From a virus (taxonomy: Duplodnaviria > Caudoviricetes): a stretch of 64,000 nucleotides of DNA. Shown piece by piece: positions 19,501-29,085 of this stretch (its first letter is position 1; the number at the start of each line of letters is the position of its first letter). Position numbers and translations under genes: made by a program. Under the pieces are notes generated by a model. The model saw only the letters and a program-made list of their open reading frames with translations. It searched no databases and was not told where the DNA came from. The stretch lies in IMG/VR virus record IMGVR_UViG_2791355221_000001, positions 1 to 64,000 of that record; one strand, written 5' to 3'.

Positions 19501-21582
19501 GAGTTTTTCATGAGCGCTTCTTAATGTCTCAAGAAATTCCATCTGTCTTTGATATTGATTAATTTTTTGCTCTTCTTTGGCTATTGCTCTCTCTTTTTCT
19601 TCTCTGAGAGTTCTTTCAGCTATCTCAGCATCTCCCAAATTCGACACATACACAGCAAGTAAGCCAACTAGAAGTGCTATTCCCGCTGTTGCAACAGTCA
19701 TCACTGCAGCTTGAGTGGACATAGCTACAGTAGCAGTTCTTGTAGCTACGGTTAATGCTCCTTGTGCAACAACCCCTGCCTCAGTCGCAACAGTTCTTCG
19801 AACAGTAGAAAGTGTCGCTCCATTAGACGAGATAATATTTACGTTATTGGCTGTTGTATTAGCTGCAATAGCTGTTGTTTCAAGAGTCTTAGCTCCTGTC
19901 AAAACGCCAATTGCTGTAATGAGACTCGTTATGGGCGTCTTTAACGCAACGTATGCAAGTAAAAGACCACCAATAGCTGCGGTTCCCTCATAGACTCCTT
20001 TTGGAACATTGGTTAAACCTATCAAGAGTCGATCAATAACATCAAGAACATCTTTAATAGAGGATCTAAGTCCATCATCTCCTGCTTTAGTGAAAACATC
20101 CAGCAAGCTTGCCTTAACTTGTTTTGATTTTCTTTCAATGGTATCCATTTGGATTTTAAGATAATCCATTGTTGCACCAGTTGAATTTATAGATGCTGAT
20201 ACGCCTAGCAAGATGTCGCCTGCGTTTAATGAGGCTGCTAATTTTGCAAATTGATATACACCACGAGAAATATCTTGATATGACTTTGTTAAGTCATAGT
20301 TTTTATCAGTAACAGCAATTGACAAATCAAGGAGTATGTCTTCTGCTTTTCTCCATTGCTCCGACCCGTTTACTAATTCTTTTGTTACTACTCCAAGTCT
20401 TTCCAATTCATTGACTGCTTTATCGGTTCGAATTGTACCTAAAACTGTCTTCCACATATTCCCTAGGTTTGCTCCACCGAGAGCAGTATTACGTACACCA
20501 GCAGAAATTAAACCATTCATGAAATCAAACGAGACACCTGTTTCATAAGCGATCTTACCTGTACGTTCGAAAGCATCACCTATATCTTTTGCTGGAGCCA
20601 TTGTATTATGCGCAACAGATGACCAAGAATCTAAAATCCTTGTCCCCTGAACTTGTGCGTCATTTACATTGCGAATTTGGACTCCATATTGAGCGATTGT
20701 TGCTTCCATCATTTTAGTTGAATCATTTAGACTTACTAAGTCAACGGTAGACAATTGAGTTGACTGTCTTACCATTTCCTGAACAACTAAATTATCTTTA
20801 TAAAGCCTTCCCCACAAACGAGCAGATTCCAACACATTATCAATTTCAGCACCCAGAGCATGAGTTGTCTGAATAAACTTCTCAGACTCTTCATTAGCTT
20901 TCTGAGTATTCAATTTCATTTCATGTGTACCTTCAGAGAATGAAACAAAATACTTTTCATTTGTTTGAATGTACCCAGCCATTTTTGCTTCAATATCAAT
21001 CATTCCTCTAAATCCTTCAGAGAAAGTGTTGATTATCGCTGAGAAAGCCGCGTGACCTGCAAAGTAAAGTGGTAATGCTATAGCCATTCCTTTTATTTTC
21101 TCAGAAATAGCATTTGATTTACTGCTTAAAGTGTCGAGATCTCCAAGGCTTTTTTTACGAGCTTGCTCATCGAATTTAGCATTATCTTGAAGAGCGCGAC
21201 CATGAATTAAATCCATCTCACGTTGTTTTTTAGAAGTTTGTTCAGCATCTCTTCTTGCGTTCTCTTCAATCTGTCTTCTGATTCTTTGTTCTTGTTGGAG
21301 GGATTGCTCACGCTCTTTTAAGCTTTTATCATCAAGTGCTTTACGCATCTTTTGTTCAGATTGCAAGACTTGCTCTCTTAGCTTTTCTTCCTTAGATAAA
21401 GCAGTTGCCCACCATTGTTCATAATCCGTGATTGATTTCTTGAGTTGATCTACATTTACATTGACTTTGAGATTAGAAATTTTTGAAGATAATTGCCTTA
21501 GTTGTTCATTAACAGTAACTGAGGATTTCTGAACATCTAAGGCTGCTTGAATGATAATTCTTAAATTATTGTCTCCTGCCAT
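16522..21582 (-). CDS. Tail tape measure protein
   Basis: 1686 aa, helical/coiled-coil, hydrophobic mid-segments, TMP core (G.NLGN.WKT...I). Confidence 0.9.
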   Translation of the reverse strand: MAGDNNLRIIIQAALDVQKSSVTVNEQLRQLSSKISNLKVNVNVDQLKKSITDYEQWWATALSKEEKLREQVLQSEQKMRKALDDKSLKEREQSLQQEQRIRRQIEENARRDAEQTSKKQREMDLIHGRALQDNAKFDEQARKKSLGDLDTLSSKSNAISEKIKGMAIALPLYFAGHAAFSAIINTFSEGFRGMIDIEAKMAGYIQTNEKYFVSFSEGTHEMKLNTQKANEESEKFIQTTHALGAEIDNVLESARLWGRLYKDNLVVQEMVRQSTQLSTVDLVSLNDSTKMMEATIAQYGVQIRNVNDAQVQGTRILDSWSSVAHNTMAPAKDIGDAFERTGKIAYETGVSFDFMNGLISAGVRNTALGGANLGNMWKTVLGTIRTDKAVNELERLGVVTKELVNGSEQWRKAEDILLDLSIAVTDKNYDLTKSYQDISRGVYQFAKLAASLNAGDILLGVSASINSTGATMDYLKIQMDTIERKSKQVKASLLDVFTKAGDDGLRSSIKDVLDVIDRLLIGLTNVPKGVYEGTAAIGGLLLAYVALKTPITSLITAIGVLTGAKTLETTAIAANTTANNVNIISSNGATLSTVRRTVATEAGVVAQGALTVATRTATVAMSTQAAVMTVATAGIALLVGLLAVYVSNLGDAEIAERTLREEKERAIAKEEQKINQYQRQMEFLETLRSAHEKLTEALKNQNLTEEQKATISGQLKKVEQALNETVDDSGKQRIKTAGITKESVDIEIQAISDKRQEAMTSTLKVIQIDKDETQSKITQAKTRIAALQEEIKVQKAKADQEAESPTYKAAKKVESIQFGGLGAFEKWYHKNITPLNPFEKASNSPYKENDKLQAMQKESNDLQKKLEDSQTRLDELSAQSTQIILDPKSDPLAGASGKTKRDTKEYKDRKDSFDEKMKDFQHLVNMESDGYKDAKGQLTKLQEIRGQFEDLNAEDLYGIDENIYRAQQGIVNKAKGIGSGSETPSPFDDSQKYKIDIYKNSLRDLDTQLKESESVMTRYNETSKDYRDELTKQIGITQKKQEATKNEGVRLRADITSLESQIAKTSDQKQQNALLQQLDQAKTNLASLSSAWWDYEINIEQSQKKLKESLFNFSKDWISNEKSTMELMGKSEVEVAQMVYEAWKRVSDKRSEYTSEQQEEINKNLIQADSALKKTQMTHSDKWIQDETDRMTMAGKSEIEIAQMVLDARKRMADERWTQERGITALTTSEQLKADKEVFDARKKLDDLQQSNSKKLADNLKDVINKIKDASNDYYEGLKEAEDKRHELVKKNLDDELTKFEESISNIKKAMNRDDDTDTFNASLAKAQKEAQDLLTKKNKYELDDSLEGKSKLTELEKQYADKQDEIQKLQSDRTKKLRTDSLDDALETEKKKVDAAKKAEDDRYKVAKDSLDAQKKAAELYWQNIISDTSKFSKLQSDIIGGHFDEITGKMEGFKNNIAGISALIGDALTSGITDKLQNAINLVKAYSGNPSGDSSNNFAKTPNSGSSGNSGNQPTSGYYTPTSESEKNARDMMKKNSSLYDSADEATKKQLHQSNQGWGSSIGATYSNGTWYKNGLPLYHGGGEVGVQGTSQESWMSKFLNSDEMPSILKKSEVVLNDPIKFITQLGQNALSNIANMLGGKDASGNSSPTYNLSLNIASLNGNKQEVDYALNRLSKGMKQLGLQ

Positions 21583-21637
21583 AATTCGCTTCGCTCCTTT
21601 TTAAAATAAAAAAGAAGCGAATAGTTTCGCTTCTAGG

Positions 21638-22129
21638 TTAAACTTGTATATTATCGTTCTTAGTATTGCTTTCAATTGTTTGTAGAATCGTATCCATTTC
21701 AATCAATTTTGTCCGTAGAGATTGAGCTCCCAATTCTAACTTCTCTCTAACCCAATTCATGTTTTCTTCACTGATATTGTTGATAATCATCTCGAATAAA
21801 CCAATATTAACGATTTTTGAGAACGCATTTAGCAACTCTTCGAGTGTTAGTTTTTCAGGTAAAGGTAAGTCCGTAAAGTGCTTAATAACAAGCATAAACA
21901 TTAAGCTGGAACTCTTCGCATTATCCATTTCTTGAGGGCTATCTGTTGAGGAATGAATTGTTCTATAATGTTCGCCATATTCCTGAAGCAATTTATCCAT
22001 CTTCGATGTTTGAAATTTATCATCAATTTTTATTGCATATTCTCCAAATTGATATTCCGTTTGTTTCTCATATTCTTTATGCAAGTTATTAATTGCTGCA
22101 AGATTTAATTGCTTTACTTTTTTTGTCAT
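21638..22129 (-). CDS. Hypothetical protein, possible tail assembly chaperone
   Basis: Position before TMP; SD AGGGGAG. Confidence 0.45.
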   Translation of the reverse strand: MTKKVKQLNLAAINNLHKEYEKQTEYQFGEYAIKIDDKFQTSKMDKLLQEYGEHYRTIHSSTDSPQEMDNAKSSSLMFMLVIKHFTDLPLPEKLTLEELLNAFSKIVNIGLFEMIINNISEENMNWVREKLELGAQSLRTKLIEMDTILQTIESNTKNDNIQV

Positions 22130-22236
22130 AATGACACTCCCCTTGGATAATAGATTAATTTTTTAAGCCTGAAAGAATACTAATTGATACACCAAACTTC
22201 CTTACCATTTTTAGATAAGGAAGGTTCATATATAAA

Positions 22237-22389
22237 TTATTTTTGATCTAAAGCTTCTTCAATAACAGGACTATTAAGAATCTGAATAATTTTCATAAAC
22301 TCGTTTACTTCAGCACCTTTTAGATCGACCCTTGAAAGGAAAACGGATAAATTTTTCAATGTATTATCGTCAAATTCAAACTTTGGCAA
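22237..22389 (-). CDS. 50-aa phage protein (MPKFEFDDNTLKNLSVFLSRVDLKGAEV...)
   Basis: Read by hand; TTG start after SD GGGAGAGTGA. Confidence 0.55.
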   Translation of the reverse strand: MPKFEFDDNTLKNLSVFLSRVDLKGAEVNEFMKIIQILNSPVIEEALDQK

Positions 22390-22434
22390 CTTAATCACTC
22401 TCCCAATGAAATGTGAATTTTATTTAAGTATTTA

Positions 22435-22626
22435 TTACTTATAATCTGTATTACATGTAATTTGAGTCCAGTTCAATGGCGTTCCAATATATACAGGAGG
22501 GTAAAATGAATACTCGTATGTTTTAGGCTTGGTTAACTTCGCTTGTTGTTCGTCAAGAGTTTGTTTAAATATTGCAATTTCATCTGGTGTACCTTCGACT
22601 TCATGTCCATAAATTTTAGCTTTCAT
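22435..22626 (-). CDS. Hypothetical phage protein
   Basis: SD AAGGAG; EGTPDEIA motif. Confidence 0.55.
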   Translation of the reverse strand: MKAKIYGHEVEGTPDEIAIFKQTLDEQQAKLTKPKTYEYSFYPPVYIGTPLNWTQITCNTDYK

Positions 22627-22644
22627 GTTGAATGTCTCCTTTAC

Positions 22645-23643
22645 TTAAAAAATTCCACCCATATCCTCTTGATCTTCACGTAAATCATAAAATTTCTCAG
22701 TTGTTGATGAGTCTTTGTGGCCAAGTAGTTTCTGAGCCATCTTAATATTTAAACCTGAATTTAAAATGTCAGTTGAGCGACTTGCTCTTGTAATGTGAGG
22801 ATTTACTCGTCTACCGACAATATCAGAAATGATATTTGCAAACCAATCATTAACAGTAGATATTTTAATTTGATTTACCGATTTGTTATATTTAGTTACA
22901 AAAAGATAGGGATTATCGTCTTCTCCGCGCGCTTCCATCCATTTGTTAACATACTCTCTTGCTTTGTCATCAAACATGATAGGTCTGCTCTCACCTTCAA
23001 GCCCTTTTCCCTTACATCTGATTTTATGTGTCCAATAATAGTTTTTACCTTCTACTGGAGCATAATCAAGAATCTCTCTGCGAACTTGAACGATTTCACC
23101 ACGTCTGCAACCCGATATATACATAAAATAATATAATGCAAGTAACTGCCAATTCTCATCTTCTGTCAATTGCTTGATAATTAATTGCGACTCTTCTTCG
23201 GAGACGGGTACTTTTTCATAAACTTTATTAAGTGTTGGATTAGGAACACCGTCCACAAAGTTTCTAAAAGTAAGGTAATCTTCTTCCTCTTCGTAAAAAT
23301 TGATTATGTATTTACAAAAAGAAGAGATACAGCTCCTTTTAAGTTTTACTCCACCTGAAGACAATCCTCTGCGAATTAGACTATTTTGAAAACGGAGGTA
23401 GTCCTTCTTCTTGATTTGGTGAATTTGCTTATTCTCTCCAAATGTTTCGTGAATCCACACTAGGAATATTTTAATGGCAGATTTATATTGCGATATTGAG
23501 TTTGGTGATAAGTGAGTCGACTCGTTTAACCACTCCTCTGCTAATCTGCGGTTTTCCTTATTAACTTGTTTGTATTGCTCATCTGTAATGGAAATACTTT
23601 TCGGTGCTCTATCGCGAATCATATTTTTCTTGATGGTAGACAT
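22645..23643 (-). CDS. Tyrosine recombinase within the tail operon (SPbeta YomM-like position)
   Basis: SGCRRGE, KGKG, NPHITRAS, LLGH, TTEKFYD: full R-K-H-R-H-Y set. Confidence 0.9.
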   Translation of the reverse strand: MSTIKKNMIRDRAPKSISITDEQYKQVNKENRRLAEEWLNESTHLSPNSISQYKSAIKIFLVWIHETFGENKQIHQIKKKDYLRFQNSLIRRGLSSGGVKLKRSCISSFCKYIINFYEEEEDYLTFRNFVDGVPNPTLNKVYEKVPVSEEESQLIIKQLTEDENWQLLALYYFMYISGCRRGEIVQVRREILDYAPVEGKNYYWTHKIRCKGKGLEGESRPIMFDDKAREYVNKWMEARGEDDNPYLFVTKYNKSVNQIKISTVNDWFANIISDIVGRRVNPHITRASRSTDILNSGLNIKMAQKLLGHKDSSTTEKFYDLREDQEDMGGIF

Positions 23644-23655
23644 TAAATCACCTTC

Positions 23656-24087
23656 CTATCTTTGCACATTAAGTCCTTGTCTTTGTAAGCCCTTGAAAAG
23701 AGCATAAATGTGTTCATGTGTATTTCTTAGTTCTTCTACTGTATCTTCATAAAAGTTTCTTTCAAATGGTTGCATTAGATAAATCCTTGATTGGCTCCAA
23801 GTATAACCTATCCCTGTAGCAATAATTCTAGCTACATCAACTCCTTCATCATGTCTCGTGTTAGTGATTTCAATTGTATTTGCATCAATAAGTTTTACCT
23901 TCATATTTTTAGTGTCAGACAGTTCATGAGTTCGAACGTATTCTGAAGGGGTATACTCTTTATATGTCACATTTTCAATTGTATCGTGCATCGTATTTTT
24001 AACTACAGTACCCACTTCGTTTTTTAATGTATTATTCACCATCTTGTTTATTTGAGACTCTAATTGACTCCAATTTGATACATCCAA
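23656..24087 (-). CDS. Neck/tail completion protein (HK97 gp10-like)
   Basis: Y..YTP..Y.RT..L motif; position in the tail module. Confidence 0.55.
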   Translation of the reverse strand: MDVSNWSQLESQINKMVNNTLKNEVGTVVKNTMHDTIENVTYKEYTPSEYVRTHELSDTKNMKVKLIDANTIEITNTRHDEGVDVARIIATGIGYTWSQSRIYLMQPFERNFYEDTVEELRNTHEHIYALFKGLQRQGLNVQR

Positions 24088-24174
24088 TTAAATCCACCTT
24101 TCTCTCAATAAAATCCATGTGATAATACAGAAGACAATAATCTTGCCCTCTGTTTAAAACATGGATTTAATACA

Positions 24175-25155
24175 TTAAGCGCTCGTAACAACAACAGTGT
24201 CTGTAATTCCAGACGATGTATGTGTAACTGTAATCGTTGAGCTACCAGCCGCTACCCGTGTAATTAGTCCTGTAGAAGCTCCAACCGTACATGTTGCAGG
24301 TGTTGAACTTACATATGTGCAACCACTTGTTACAACTGTATTTGCATAAATACCGCCACGGATACCGTATACTGTGATTTGAGAAGTAGGGGAAGCAGCA
24401 GATAAAGAAACCGCGGCAGGTGTAGCAGCGATAGCTTGATAACTAACTGCGGTATTGCCAACAGGTTTAATCATAACTGTCGCATAATTACCATTTGTAT
24501 CTACTAAAGCAGAACCTTCTAGTTTGCTTGTACTGACTGAGGCTGCGGCAAGCGAGAGGTCAAATGACCCTGAAATTTTAAATTGCGGAATTTTAATTTG
24601 TAATTCTGCAACCTGACCTTTACCCTCAAAAATCTTAGCGATTAGAGTGACTTCATATGCGTTAGGGTATTTGTCTGCATCGATACTGATGTAGTCAACG
24701 GAAGTTGATGTTTGATAAGAAACATATACAGTTGAATTTGCTCCACCAGCAAGCGTAAAATTCTTACCTGTAGGAGTAACTGTCAAGATACTTCCATCTG
24801 ACTTTTGAACATAAACAGAGCCTACAGGGGTTGAAGCTACAGCACCAGAACCACCAACTAATGTAACAAGCTCATCTGTTACAAAGTAATCTTTAAGTCC
24901 GTTCAAGATTCCGACACCATTGTTTAGAGCGATATACCCGACTTCAAAATTGGCAGCTTCTACTGAAACATCGATTTTTTTGTCATGTGAGTATGTAAAG
25001 GCGAGTCCATTTCCAAACCCACCTCGAACCTCTTGGTTTGTGACTGCTTGTTTGAAAGCAGTATTAATAAGCGTCTTACCTTTTGCCACAATTGTGTCAT
25101 TACTAGGATCTCTCATAATAACGTCTGCAACTGATACTAAAAATCTATCTGCCAA
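24175..25155 (-). CDS. Major tail tube protein with C-terminal Ig-like domain
   Basis: EVRGG.GN motif; C-terminal YVSSTPATCTV...GLIT.VAAGSSTITVT. Confidence 0.8.
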   Translation of the reverse strand: MADRFLVSVADVIMRDPSNDTIVAKGKTLINTAFKQAVTNQEVRGGFGNGLAFTYSHDKKIDVSVEAANFEVGYIALNNGVGILNGLKDYFVTDELVTLVGGSGAVASTPVGSVYVQKSDGSILTVTPTGKNFTLAGGANSTVYVSYQTSTSVDYISIDADKYPNAYEVTLIAKIFEGKGQVAELQIKIPQFKISGSFDLSLAAASVSTSKLEGSALVDTNGNYATVMIKPVGNTAVSYQAIAATPAAVSLSAASPTSQITVYGIRGGIYANTVVTSGCTYVSSTPATCTVGASTGLITRVAAGSSTITVTHTSSGITDTVVVTSA

Positions 25156-25188
25156 ATTAATTCCTCCTAATGAATATGTATTATTTAT

Positions 25189-25908
25189 CTATGCTTTTCC
25201 AAATGCTTCATCAGCTGTTAGTTTGTTAAACTCAGCTTCTGACATAATGACATCTGCATATTTATCTCTGTCTTCAACATGACTAAGCCAATGCTGTATA
25301 TCTTTTGATGCTCCATTCTCTGCCATGAGAGCAGAATACACATCAAAGTTTTTAATTATCGCAAAGCGTTCAAGTGCCTTATTGAATTGAAAGATGGTAT
25401 ACTTTTTTATCTCCTGAAATGAGCTACCAGATAAACAATGTAAAGCAACGACTCTTTCCTCTAATGTTGCTGGTGTTCCATTCTTTCTAGATAAAAATTC
25501 CTCTGCTTCTTGTAATTCTTTCTCCATATCCTCATCGTAGAAATCTTCTCGGTTTTGAATGAGATTTTGATGTAAAATGATTCTCTTAATATCCTCGAAT
25601 TCATACCCATTCAGTTTGACGCCTTCAATAAGAAGTCCGATCTTACTGTCTTCATAGGTGAAGTCATACTTCTGGTTTTGTAGGACTATAGAGAGCAATT
25701 TATCCAATTTGGCGTATAAAGAATTGTTTTGCCTGATTAATGCAAACAAAAAATCAAGATAGCTCATCTTGATTACCTGAATGTCTTGTATTCTGTTTTT
25801 CTCAAATAATAAGCATTGAACACATTCATAAAATGATTCACAGTTTTCCATAGTTGCTGGATATATCTTTATTCCTAAAAATTCAGATGGATCTCCCCAC
25901 ACTCTCAT
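25189..25908 (-). CDS. Tail-module protein (assembly chaperone-like)
   Basis: MSYLDFL, YTIFQF, IQHWL motifs; operon position. Confidence 0.5.
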   Translation of the reverse strand: MRVWGDPSEFLGIKIYPATMENCESFYECVQCLLFEKNRIQDIQVIKMSYLDFLFALIRQNNSLYAKLDKLLSIVLQNQKYDFTYEDSKIGLLIEGVKLNGYEFEDIKRIILHQNLIQNREDFYDEDMEKELQEAEEFLSRKNGTPATLEERVVALHCLSGSSFQEIKKYTIFQFNKALERFAIIKNFDVYSALMAENGASKDIQHWLSHVEDRDKYADVIMSEAEFNKLTADEAFGKA

Positions 25909-26406
25909 TTAGATCGACCTCGTTGAAGGTATCAATTCGTATCCTGTATAATAGTCATTGTGAGGAATAATCCTGATATCTCTCTCGAAGAATAATTGTC
26001 CAATAAATCCAATATCTACGCCATTAAGCTGTGATATTATCTCTTGAAGCATTACTAGTGGTCTCTGTCTTCCTTCGTCCATTCTCCATACAGAGTTGCT
26101 GCAAATTACCTGAATAGAAATATCAACATTAGTCAAATAGATATTATTAGGTTTAATGTTCCTAATATATATCCTCAACTCAGATCCTGCTGTATCTGAG
26201 ACATTAGGGCTTAATGGTGTAAAGAATACTTTAGTTTTTTCCTTATTGGATTGATCAAACATTTCAATTTTTTCGTTATCAGATATATCTTCTTGAGACA
26301 GAGCATCTGCTGATGAGTATTTCAAACATTTAAATAAATTTTGACTTGGCAATAGTTGAACTACTATGTTTTGAATAATTCGATCAACGTTTTCTAAAGT
26401 AAACAT
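25909..26406 (-). CDS. Tail terminator/completion protein
   Basis: L.KCLKY...DAL and RP.......LNG..IG.IG.L patterns; operon position. Confidence 0.55.
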   Translation of the reverse strand: MFTLENVDRIIQNIVVQLLPSQNLFKCLKYSSADALSQEDISDNEKIEMFDQSNKEKTKVFFTPLSPNVSDTAGSELRIYIRNIKPNNIYLTNVDISIQVICSNSVWRMDEGRQRPLVMLQEIISQLNGVDIGFIGQLFFERDIRIIPHNDYYTGYELIPSTRSI

Positions 26407-26421
26407 TTACATCACCTCCCT

Positions 26422-27894
26422 TTATATCAAACTCTTAATTTGAATTCGTTTCATAGCAGAAACAAGGACTTTTTCATTTGCCAATTCACCGACAGTATAC
26501 GAGGCTAAATCTCCAACTGTGAATGATGAAATCTGTTCTATTGTTAAACCTAAAGAGAATAGCTCATCAACAGTGCGCACAGAAAGCTCTTCAACAGAAT
26601 AATTAGCTACATCATCAGCAGTGAATCCAACATCCGTTAATTGGTTTACGTTAAGTTTTGAAAGTTCTTCAATTGTAAAAGTAGCTAAATCTTCAACTGT
26701 AAAGTTAGTACTTTCATAACAGACGCCTTTGATTTTTACATATCCTGTATACTTCTTATTTGCTAGTATTGAAACATCATGACCGGATTGACTAATTATC
26801 ACACCTAATGTTGTTGGCTGTGTTCCTGAATCATCATATAATGTCCACCTGATTAATTTAGAAGTATCAGTCACACCATTATTTTTGACTTCCCCACGGA
26901 ATTTCTGAGCTTGAGTAATCTTGCAGAAATCGCTACCACTTATATCTAAAGTCCATCCAGATTGAACTACATCACTTATTAATACTTGTATGTCATCAAA
27001 GATGTCTGGATTATTTGTTAATGAAACCCGCACGTTGGCAGTACCATTTGAAAGAGCTGTAATAAGCCCTGTTTCTGTGACTGATAAAACTGAACTGTCA
27101 GAAGATGTGAAGGAGAGAGGGAGGGATGTAATTGATCCTTGATCCTTTACTTCTATTTCAATCTGCAAAGTGTCATTTGTCCTTAAATTAACTGAATCAC
27201 CATTGGAGATGTGAATTGAGTAATCATGAATGTAATAATCTGCTATTCTCAACTGAACATTATCTTTGTCAGAGCTTAATAGTGTTTCTTCAAGTTCAAG
27301 TGTAATTAAATTAGTGTTTAAAGAATTTATACCTGTAACCTGCCAACATCTATCTTCATCGAAAATGAACCTTTGTTTCTTGCGGATCTTAAGTGTATCC
27401 ACATTTTTTTGTGTGATAATACTTCTTCGCTCATTCGATAAAACCATCATTTTATCGTCTACCAAGCCAAGACTTCGAAGATTTTCTGTAGCCTGAACAA
27501 AGTAAGCTTCTTTAACTGCCCCCAGAGAATCTAGCCATTTCAAACTAGACACACATTTTTGGATGGCTCCGCGGTAATAGATTCCCCCCATATCGTCAAC
27601 AGAAGTGGTTAACCACTTTTCACCTTGCCATGTAAATACATCACCAAAGTGCAGAAGTTGATCTGGAATGAGTTGAATCTGTTTTAGTTCCTTAGTTTTA
27701 CTGTCATCGACTATCCATGAGTCAAGGTTAGATGTTGTGTAAGGTGATGATGAAGTGTTGACTCGAACTTGGTAGTAAGAAGGAGAATCTTTAAAAGAGT
27801 TCGTGATTACTCTTTTTGTATTGTTGATGTTGTATGTTCTTGGATTGGCATCAGTCACACTTAATTTGGCATTGTAGGCAGTATAAAAAGTCAT
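26422..27894 (-). CDS. Head-closure/neck protein with Ig-like domains and an inserted 8-residue repeat
   Basis: GD.F.W.GEKWL head-closure-like N-terminus; SSDSSVLSV...GLITALSNGTA Ig domain; (F/Y)T(V/I)xEL repeats near the C-terminus. Confidence 0.65.
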   Translation of the reverse strand: MTFYTAYNAKLSVTDANPRTYNINNTKRVITNSFKDSPSYYQVRVNTSSSPYTTSNLDSWIVDDSKTKELKQIQLIPDQLLHFGDVFTWQGEKWLTTSVDDMGGIYYRGAIQKCVSSLKWLDSLGAVKEAYFVQATENLRSLGLVDDKMMVLSNERRSIITQKNVDTLKIRKKQRFIFDEDRCWQVTGINSLNTNLITLELEETLLSSDKDNVQLRIADYYIHDYSIHISNGDSVNLRTNDTLQIEIEVKDQGSITSLPLSFTSSDSSVLSVTETGLITALSNGTANVRVSLTNNPDIFDDIQVLISDVVQSGWTLDISGSDFCKITQAQKFRGEVKNNGVTDTSKLIRWTLYDDSGTQPTTLGVIISQSGHDVSILANKKYTGYVKIKGVCYESTNFTVEDLATFTIEELSKLNVNQLTDVGFTADDVANYSVEELSVRTVDELFSLGLTIEQISSFTVGDLASYTVGELANEKVLVSAMKRIQIKSLI

Positions 27895-27904
27895 TTATGA
27901 CACC

Positions 27905-28336
27905 TCATATCTTAGAGAAGTCAAAGTTTTCATATGTATACTCAACTATCATTGCATCAGCACGTTCAATTAATTGATTCTGCAAATCAATTTTAACTTT
28001 TAAGTTATTTGATTCAGCATAACGTTTAAAATCTGAACTATTCAATGCAAGTCTCATTTCGTTAACATTTTTTACTTCTTTTTCTGACCATTCTATTTGC
28101 ATTAAGAATGCTAAAATTTCCTCTTCTTTTTCGGATAAAGTTTGATTGAAAACTTGAACTGAATCATCTCTATCAGTTAGATTTTGAACGCATTTTGTAA
28201 ACTTTGGAATTGCACTTTTTAACCAACCGAGTAGATATGCTTCGTAGTTAGGTATTGAGGTTTGAAAAAGAGCGTCCAAAGTGTAATCTTCTACTTTAAT
28301 TGCAAAGCGTTGGTAGATATTTTGGTACGGAGTCAT
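27905..28336 (-). CDS. Head-tail adaptor protein
   Basis: MTPY..IY..F..K..D and F...L...E.EILA..M...W patterns. Confidence 0.6.
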   Translation of the reverse strand: MTPYQNIYQRFAIKVEDYTLDALFQTSIPNYEAYLLGWLKSAIPKFTKCVQNLTDRDDSVQVFNQTLSEKEEEILAFLMQIEWSEKEVKNVNEMRLALNSSDFKRYAESNNLKVKIDLQNQLIERADAMIVEYTYENFDFSKI

Positions 28337-28363
28337 TTCTCACCACTCATACCTTTCTTCTTA

Positions 28364-29023
28364 TTAGCGATTTTTTGCTAATTCATTGATGTCTTGACCA
28401 ATGTAGTCACTAATTACTTGGATTTTATTTAAATCAGAAAATTTATTGTTTCTTTCTGAAATTCCCTTAATGATAATGTCTATAGCGGTTGTTCGTAGTG
28501 ATTGAGTAAGATTAGAAAGTGTCTTAATGATTTCATCAGCAGGTAGAGTTATAATGTCTTCAATGAACTTTTTGCTTACAAAATTCTCGTATTTATTTTC
28601 GAGATAAAGCGCTTTGACAACATCAATATTTTGAATAAGCAGCCAACCATCTTCAATGATCACTGGATGAGTATTGTAGACAGCGCGCAAGTCCTCAAAT
28701 GAAATTTGTTGTGTTGTACCAAAATCTCTGAATAAAATTCTCTTTCCGTTAGCGTCAAGATTGAGGCTACCAGATACCATACTCATGACAGGGATGAGTT
28801 TATTTGAAGGAATGGCAATTTGAGACTCATCAATAAACAAGCTGCCATTTTGACTATTAACTGTCTCTGATGTAGTAGTTGCTACTTTAAGACTCTCAAT
28901 CATTTTTTTCATTTCTTCTAATTGTGTTTTCAGAAATTCATTTTCAATCTCGACTTGAGATTTAGTCACAACCGTAGTTTCAGTTGGTGCGGATACTGTT
29001 TCTGGTTTTTTAATAGGTGCCAT
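28364..29023 (-). CDS. Hypothetical protein after the capsid gene (YonA-like position)
   Basis: Synteny; SD AGGGAG. Confidence 0.5.
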   Translation of the reverse strand: MAPIKKPETVSAPTETTVVTKSQVEIENEFLKTQLEEMKKMIESLKVATTTSETVNSQNGSLFIDESQIAIPSNKLIPVMSMVSGSLNLDANGKRILFRDFGTTQQISFEDLRAVYNTHPVIIEDGWLLIQNIDVVKALYLENKYENFVSKKFIEDIITLPADEIIKTLSNLTQSLRTTAIDIIIKGISERNNKFSDLNKIQVISDYIGQDINELAKNR

Positions 29024-29085
29024 ATATAATTATCTCCCTTTAATAGAATAGAGAAGACAAGTTTCCTTGCCTTCTCTTGAATAAT

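Noticed and set aside
22645-23643. Prophage integrase
   Set aside because: More than 20 kb from att, inside the tail operon; the true integrase is probably at the other end, outside the window.
21582-25908. Tail chaperone programmed frameshift
   Set aside because: No overlapping G/GT-type ORF pair or slippery site identified before the tape measure gene.
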